Origin: Candidatus Rokuibacteriota bacterium | Lineage (GTDB): Bacteria > Methylomirabilota > Methylomirabilia > Rokubacteriales > CSP1-6 | Direction: 5' to 3' | DNA length: 64,000 bases | Assembly: GCA_044869815.1 (NCBI GenBank) | Contig: JBIOXS010000023.1 | Coordinates: 5,672 to 69,671 of the forward strand | Shown here: positions 58,547 through 64,000 of the stretch, piece by piece | Numbering within the stretch: the stretch's first letter is position 1 | Layout of the letters: each line of letters starts with the position of its first letter | Notes under the pieces: generated by a model | What the model saw: the letters and a program-made list of their open reading frames with translations, nothing else | Database searches by the model: none | Told to the model about the DNA's origin: nothing | Position numbers and translations under genes: made by a program

Positions 58547-58936
58547 TCAGCCGCGCGCCGCGAGCGCGGCGACGAGCCCGGCCAGCTCCGCCATGTCGGG
58601 AGGCTTGCCGCGAACCTCGGTGAAGCCGGCGACGAGGAGCGCCTCCTCTGAATCGAGCCGACCGGTCATGGCGATGGCCGGCACGGCGCCGCCGCGCTCG
58701 GGCGGCAGCGCCCGCACCGCACGGATGAGCCAGAAGCCGTCGTGACGCGGCATGCGCACGTCCGAGATCAGCACGTCGGGCGGCGCCTCCGTGAGCATGC
58801 GCAGGGCGGCGTCGGCGGAGCGAGCGGAGACGACGTCGGCGCCGCAGTCCATGAGGTAATCATGGACCGCTTCGCGAACGCCGTCGTCGTCGTCGACGAC
58901 GAGGACACGCACTCCCGCGACCGACGGTGGTGACAC
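58547..58936 (-). CDS. Stand-alone receiver response regulator
   Basis: VLVVDDD, ISDVRMPRHDG, AMTG, KP. Start approximate. Confidence 0.87.
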   Translation of the reverse strand: MSPPSVAGVRVLVVDDDDGVREAVHDYLMDCGADVVSARSADAALRMLTEAPPDVLISDVRMPRHDGFWLIRAVRALPPERGGAVPAIAMTGRLDSEEALLVAGFTEVRGKPPDMAELAGLVAALAARG

Positions 58937-59250
58937 GGCCGTCCTCTCGAACCCTCGTCCGGGGAGTCGGCGCGCGCCGAGGCCCTTGTTCTTCGGCAAC
59001 CCGGCTGTCTGGGATTCATTTCCCAGACCCGTGGCTTTGCGTCCCAGCCTCACGGCTGGTTTGCCTTTCTCGGAACGAGGCTGGCCGATGCAAGGAGCAA
59101 CGGACGGGCCAGATCACGTCTGCGACACGTTCGAGCCGTGGATCTCGATCGTTACGCCTCGAGCACCGCTCGGCGGCGCCCGTCCGCCGGTGAGTTCCTG
59201 ACCAGTCCGGGACCGCCTGGCAAGCGTGACGACGCTGCGCCGGGCGCGCC

Positions 59251-59279
59251 TTGACTTGTATACATCTCGCATATAAATT
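59251..59279 (+). promoter_or_regulatory. sigma70 promoter with GntR/FadR-type operator
   Basis: TTGACT-17 nt-TAAATT, with palindrome TGTATACA (59257-59264) in the spacer. Confidence 0.75.
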
Positions 59280-59307
59280 CCGTCCACCCGATCCGCGGAG
59301 AGCGCCG

Positions 59308-59958
59308 GTGCCGAACGACTCACGACCGAAGACCTATCTCGCCGATGCGGTGTACGTCGCGCTGCGCCGCGCCCTTGTGCACGGTGACTTCGATCCCGGC
59401 GAGCCGCTCACGGAGGGGGACCTCTGCCGGCGCTTCGCCGTGAGTCGCACGCCCGTGCGCGAGGCGCTGGCCAAGCTCGAGCGCGATCAGCTCGTCCGCG
59501 TGGTGCCGAAGAAGGGCGCCTTCGTGCGCACGCTGTCGCACGCCGAGATCCGCGAGCTCTATCAGCTTCGCGAAGCGCTCGAAGGCCTCGCCCTGCGGCT
59601 GGCGGCGCCACGCGTGGAGCGCGCGGAGCTCGACGATTTCGCGCGGCGCTTCCGTGAGCTGCGCGGGCGGCGGCGTCTGGCCGACAGCGAGGTGCGCGCC
59701 CTCGGCGAGGAGTTCCACCGGTTCCTCGTCAAGCGGGGGGGCAACACGCGCCTCGTGCAGATGCTGGAGGACATCCGGGAGCAGCTGCAGCCGGTGTGGA
59801 CGATGGCCATCGTCGCGCCACGCCGCGTGCACGGGCTCGTCCGCGAGCATCTCGGCATCATCGCGGCCCTCGAGCGCGGCGACGCCCGCCGCGCCGAGCG
59901 GCTGATGATCGACCACGTCCGCCGGGTCCGCGACGCCATCTTCCGCATGGTGGATTGA
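59308..59958 (+). CDS. GntR family regulator (FCD domain)
   Basis: VSRTPVREAL HTH, EFH, EHL.II.AL. Confidence 0.95.
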   Translation: MPNDSRPKTYLADAVYVALRRALVHGDFDPGEPLTEGDLCRRFAVSRTPVREALAKLERDQLVRVVPKKGAFVRTLSHAEIRELYQLREALEGLALRLAAPRVERAELDDFARRFRELRGRRRLADSEVRALGEEFHRFLVKRGGNTRLVQMLEDIREQLQPVWTMAIVAPRRVHGLVREHLGIIAALERGDARRAERLMIDHVRRVRDAIFRMVD

Positions 59959-59972
59959 ACAAGGAGGCGGTC

Positions 59973-60656
59973 ATGACTGAGATGAGCCCGTTCCGAACGA
60001 CGCTGGAGGCAGCGGTCAACGCCCGGCACAGCCGGCTCAACCCGTTCACCGAGCGCTGGGTGAAGGGTGAGCTCTCGCGCGCGCAGCTCGGCGCGTGGGC
60101 CGCGCAGCACTACCAGTACGTCTCGCAGTTCCCGCGCTGGTGCGCGACGGTCTACGGGGAGTGCCCCGATCCGGACGCGCGCGACTTCCTCCTCGAGAAC
60201 ATCGTCGAGGAAGAGGCAGGCGTCAAGCACGTCGACCTGCTGATCCGGTTCGCGGAGGCGTGCGGCGTCACGCGGGCGGAGGTGGAGACGAAGCCGCAGC
60301 TGCCGACCACGCGCGGGCTCACGGCGTGGTGCTTCGAGATGTCGCACAAGCCGTTTCACGTCGCGGCGGCCGGACTGCTCGTGGGTCTGGAATCCCAGGT
60401 GCCGGGCATCTACAAGCGCAATCTGCCGCCGCTCAAGACGCACTACGGCTTCACCGACCACGAGGTCGAGTTCTTCGCCATTCACATCGAGGCCGACGAG
60501 GTCCACGGCGAGCGCGGCTACCAGATCGTCGAGCGGCACTCCACCACGCCCGAGAAGCAGGCGGAGGCGGTGGAGGCGGTGCGCCAGGCCACCGAGATGC
60601 GCTGGCAGTACATGAGCGGGCTCCATCGCGCCTACGTGCTGAAGGAGGAGCTGTGA
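59973..60656 (+). CDS. Heme-oxygenase-like diiron enzyme (CADD/PqqC/TenA family)
   Basis: ENIVEEE...KH, LESQVP and FFAIHIEADEVH metal-ligand motifs. AAGGAGG SD. Confidence 0.88.
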   Translation: MTEMSPFRTTLEAAVNARHSRLNPFTERWVKGELSRAQLGAWAAQHYQYVSQFPRWCATVYGECPDPDARDFLLENIVEEEAGVKHVDLLIRFAEACGVTRAEVETKPQLPTTRGLTAWCFEMSHKPFHVAAAGLLVGLESQVPGIYKRNLPPLKTHYGFTDHEVEFFAIHIEADEVHGERGYQIVERHSTTPEKQAEAVEAVRQATEMRWQYMSGLHRAYVLKEEL

Positions 60657-60985
60657 CGGCACGGCGCGTGCGGGCGGCGCGGCTGGAGGACGTCCCGGCC
60701 GGCCGCCCGCTGCGCGTGGACGTCGCCGGCGCCACCGTGCTGGTCGTCCGAGCCGGCGACGCCGTGTATGCGTGCGGTGCCGTGTGCGCGCACAAGGGCG
60801 GGCCGCTCGAGAACGGCAAGCTGTCGGGCACGCGTCTGGCCTGCCCGTGGCACGGCTGGATGTACGACGTGCGGACGGGCGACTGTGTCTTCCCCGGCCG
60901 CGGCGCGCGGGTGCCGACCTATCCCGCGCGCGTCGACGCCGGAGCGGTGTGGGTGGACGTGCCGGAAGGAGGCGATGGATGCTGA
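60653..60985 (+). CDS. Rieske [2Fe-2S] ferredoxin
   Basis: CAHKGGPL...CPWHGW.YDVRTG. GTGA overlap with the upstream gene. Confidence 0.92.
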   Translation: MTARRVRAARLEDVPAGRPLRVDVAGATVLVVRAGDAVYACGAVCAHKGGPLENGKLSGTRLACPWHGWMYDVRTGDCVFPGRGARVPTYPARVDAGAVWVDVPEGGDGC

Positions 60986-61401
60986 CGTTGAAGGAGGCGC
61001 GTGCGGCCATCGAGCGCGGCGTCGCCAAGGCGCACGAGCTCGGCTTCAAGGTCGCGGTGGCCGTCGTCGACGCCGGCGGCCATCTGGTGGCGTGCGATCG
61101 CATGGACGGCGCCCTGTGGATCGCCCCGGAAATTGCGCGCGCCAAGGCCAACGCCGCCGCCGCCTTCCAGGCGACCACCGAGGATCTGGAAACGCGCTTC
61201 GCCACCGCGCGCGCCCTGTTCGCCGGCAACGTCGCCTCGCTCGGCGACTACAAGCTCGTCTTCGGCCGCGGCGGCGTGCCGCTCGTCGCCGGCGGCCGCG
61301 TCGTGGGCGCGGTCGGCGTCAGCGGCGCCGTGCCCCCGGACAACGACCACGTGATCGCCGACGCCGCCGCCGGACACCCGATGGTGCCGAAGACTCACTG
61401 A
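60979..61401 (+). CDS. GlcG/HbpS heme-binding family protein
   Basis: VAVVDAGG, RMDGA, A.AKA, GGVPL, GAVGVSG...D. Confidence 0.92.
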   Translation: MLTLKEARAAIERGVAKAHELGFKVAVAVVDAGGHLVACDRMDGALWIAPEIARAKANAAAAFQATTEDLETRFATARALFAGNVASLGDYKLVFGRGGVPLVAGGRVVGAVGVSGAVPPDNDHVIADAAAGHPMVPKTH

Positions 61402-61405
61402 CGCG

Positions 61406-62266
61406 ATGCGCGCCCTTCTCCTCGCCCTGATGGTGCTGCTCGGATGGGCGGCCTCGCTCCCCGCGCAGACGAGGTCCCTGCACCTGGTGCTGACACCGTC
61501 GCAAAAGCCGACCGATCTCCTCGCCGCCGGCCAGGAGTTCGGTGAGGTTCTCGGCCGCCTCATCGGCACCCCGGTCAAGGTCACGGTCGCCTCCGACTAC
61601 GCGGCCGTCGTCGAGGCCCTGCGGAACCGGACCGCCGATCTGGCGTTCGCCCATCCCGGAGGCTACGTGCTCGCCAGCCGGGAAGCGAAGGCGACGATCG
61701 TGGCCAAGAACCTCTGGCACGGCAAGAGCACCTTCACCTCGCGGATCTTCGTGCGCAAGGACGGCGGCGTACGGCAGCTCGAAGATCTCCGCGGAAAGAC
61801 GATCGCGTTCGTCGACCCGACGAGCTCCTCCGGTTACATCTATCCGATGGCCTTGCTGATCCAGCGCGGGCTCGTCAAGAACCGGGATCCGAAGTCGTTC
61901 TTTCGCGAGGTGGTGTTCGCGGGCGCGCACGACGCCGCGATGCGCGCGCTCGTCAACGGCCACGTCGACGCCATCGCCTCGTTCGACCTCGCCCGCGAGC
62001 AATACCTGAAAGACGCGGCCGAGCGTGAGCGGATCGTCTTCGTCGCCGAGACGCCGCCGATTCCGGAGGCGGGCATCGCCGCCCGTGACGGGCTCGACCC
62101 GCAGATGCTCGCGCGCGTGCGCGCGGCGCTCATCTCCATCCGCGGTCCGGCGTATGCGGACCTGCTGAAGCGCCTGTACGACATCGACGGTTTCGAGCCG
62201 GCGGAGGACCGCGAGTACGATCCTGTGCGCGCGGCGTTCGAGCTGGTCGGCGCCCGACCGCGCTGA
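61406..62266 (+). CDS. phnD: Phosphonate/phosphite ABC transporter substrate-binding protein
   Basis: SDYAAVVEAL, AFVDPTSSSGYIYP, FAGAHDA. Confidence 0.9.
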   Translation: MRALLLALMVLLGWAASLPAQTRSLHLVLTPSQKPTDLLAAGQEFGEVLGRLIGTPVKVTVASDYAAVVEALRNRTADLAFAHPGGYVLASREAKATIVAKNLWHGKSTFTSRIFVRKDGGVRQLEDLRGKTIAFVDPTSSSGYIYPMALLIQRGLVKNRDPKSFFREVVFAGAHDAAMRALVNGHVDAIASFDLAREQYLKDAAERERIVFVAETPPIPEAGIAARDGLDPQMLARVRAALISIRGPAYADLLKRLYDIDGFEPAEDREYDPVRAAFELVGARPR

Positions 62267-62292
62267 CCGCGCGTGCCGCCGTCCGCTCGGCG

Positions 62293-63032
<740 letters not shown>

Positions 63033-63036
<4 letters not shown>

Positions 63037-63773
63037 GACGGGCGACCGTCTTCGTCGCGCTCGCGGCCCTCGCGTGGACGGCGTGGGACACGGGCGCCGA
63101 TCCCGCACGCCTGGTCCGCGGGCTGCCGTGGCTGCTCGATTTCGTTCGGCGCATGGTGCCGCCCGATCTCCGCGTGCTCCGGCCGGCGCTCGACGGCGCC
63201 GTCACGACGGTCGAGATCGCGTTGCTCGGCACCGCGGTGTCGGCCGTCCTCGCGCTGCCGCTCGGGTTCCTGTCGGCCCGCAACGTCGCGGCGCCGCCGA
63301 TCTTCCACGCAGCGCGGGCGGCGCTGAACTTCTTCCGCAGCGTCGACACGCTCGTGTACGCGCTCGTGTTCGTGGCCGCCGTCGGCCTCGGCCCGTTCCC
63401 GGGCGTGCTGGCCGTCATCGCCTACACGACCACCTCGCTCGCGAAGCTCTACTCCGAGGCCATCGAAGGCATCGAGCGCGGCCCGGTGGACGCGGTCACC
63501 GCCACCGGCGCCACGCGCGTCCAGGTCCTGCGCTTCGGCGTCCTGCCCCAGGTGCTGCCGCTGTTCCTGTCCTATGTGCTGTACCGGCTCGAGACCAACA
63601 TCCGCGCGGCCACGGTGCTGGGGTTCGTGGGAGCCGGCGGGATCGGCTTCTACCTGCAGACCTATCTCCGCCTGATCGACTATCCGGCGGCCTCGACGGT
63701 CCTGCTGGTGACGGTTGCCATGGTCATGGCCGTCGATTTCGTGTCATCCAGGCTGCGCAAGCGCCTCGTCTGA
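63033..63773 (+). CDS. phnE: Phosphonate ABC transporter permease
   Basis: AKLYSEAIE, YRLETNIRAATVLGFVGAGGIG. Confidence 0.93.
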
Positions 63774-63896
63774 CACGCCGCGCCTGGTGAAATCGCGGCT
63801 GACTGGTTGGAGATCATCCAGGTCCGGGACCCGGGGCCTTCGCGGCTTCTCTGCAAAAACGGTCGAGACGGCGCTCACTTGTCGGGCGGGTGGCCC

Positions 63897-63913
63897 TTGG
63901 CGTCGCGGTTGCT
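63897..63913 (+). promoter_or_regulatory. sigma54 promoter
   Basis: TTGGCGTCGCGGTTGCT. Confidence 0.6.
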
Positions 63914-63926
63914 TTGCTACCCGGCC

Positions 63927-64000
63927 GTGGACACCGCGCAGATCGTCGAGATCAGGGTTCCCGAGGAGCTGACGCACCGCACGGCGTCGCTGGCCGCTCG
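63927..64000 (+). CDS. Start of a gene running off the window (possibly STAS-like)
   Basis: GTG GAC ACC...: VDTAQIVEIRVPEELTHRTASLAA, open to the edge, directly after a sigma54 motif. Confidence 0.4.
   Translation, partial: MDTAQIVEIRVPEELTHRTASLAA

Noticed and set aside
59088-59201. 37-codon ORF MQGATDGPDHVC...
   Set aside because: No clear SD, motif or codon bias. It cannot be supported.

Overview
GC-rich bacterial chromosomal window (roughly 70% GC by eye), densely coding. I saw no rRNA, tRNA, CRISPR array, prophage or IS element. Gene style and content suggest a soil lineage such as Ca. Rokubacteria/Methylomirabilota; this is inference only. Main content in order: ATP-dependent DNA ligase, GAF/HD-GYP phosphodiesterase, lexA, tatB-like gene, a sigma54-linked exopolysaccharide export locus, several two-component genes, glgA, a split LigD, two RRM proteins, a truncated KdpD/KdpE pair, assorted hydrolases, a ComDE-like decarboxylase, perR-prxU, and a GntR / CADD-like diiron enzyme / Rieske / GlcG / PhnDCE operon. 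Signals the ORF track misses: (1) two in-frame UGA genes, each followed by a SECIS-like hairpin (PrxU and an apparently uncharacterised 122-aa membrane protein); (2) a 25-aa desulforedoxin-like CxxC..CC microprotein with its own sigma54 promoter; (3) a CADD-like enzyme lacking both sacrificial residues, encoded with an electron carrier and a phosphonate-type transporter; (4) a candidate lineage-specific SOS box and a small membrane gene behind lexA; (5) an LLM pseudogene with an internal inversion; (6) pervasive leaderless genes, probable CTG starts and about ten sigma54 promoters. All family assignments come from motif recognition by eye, not from database searches.
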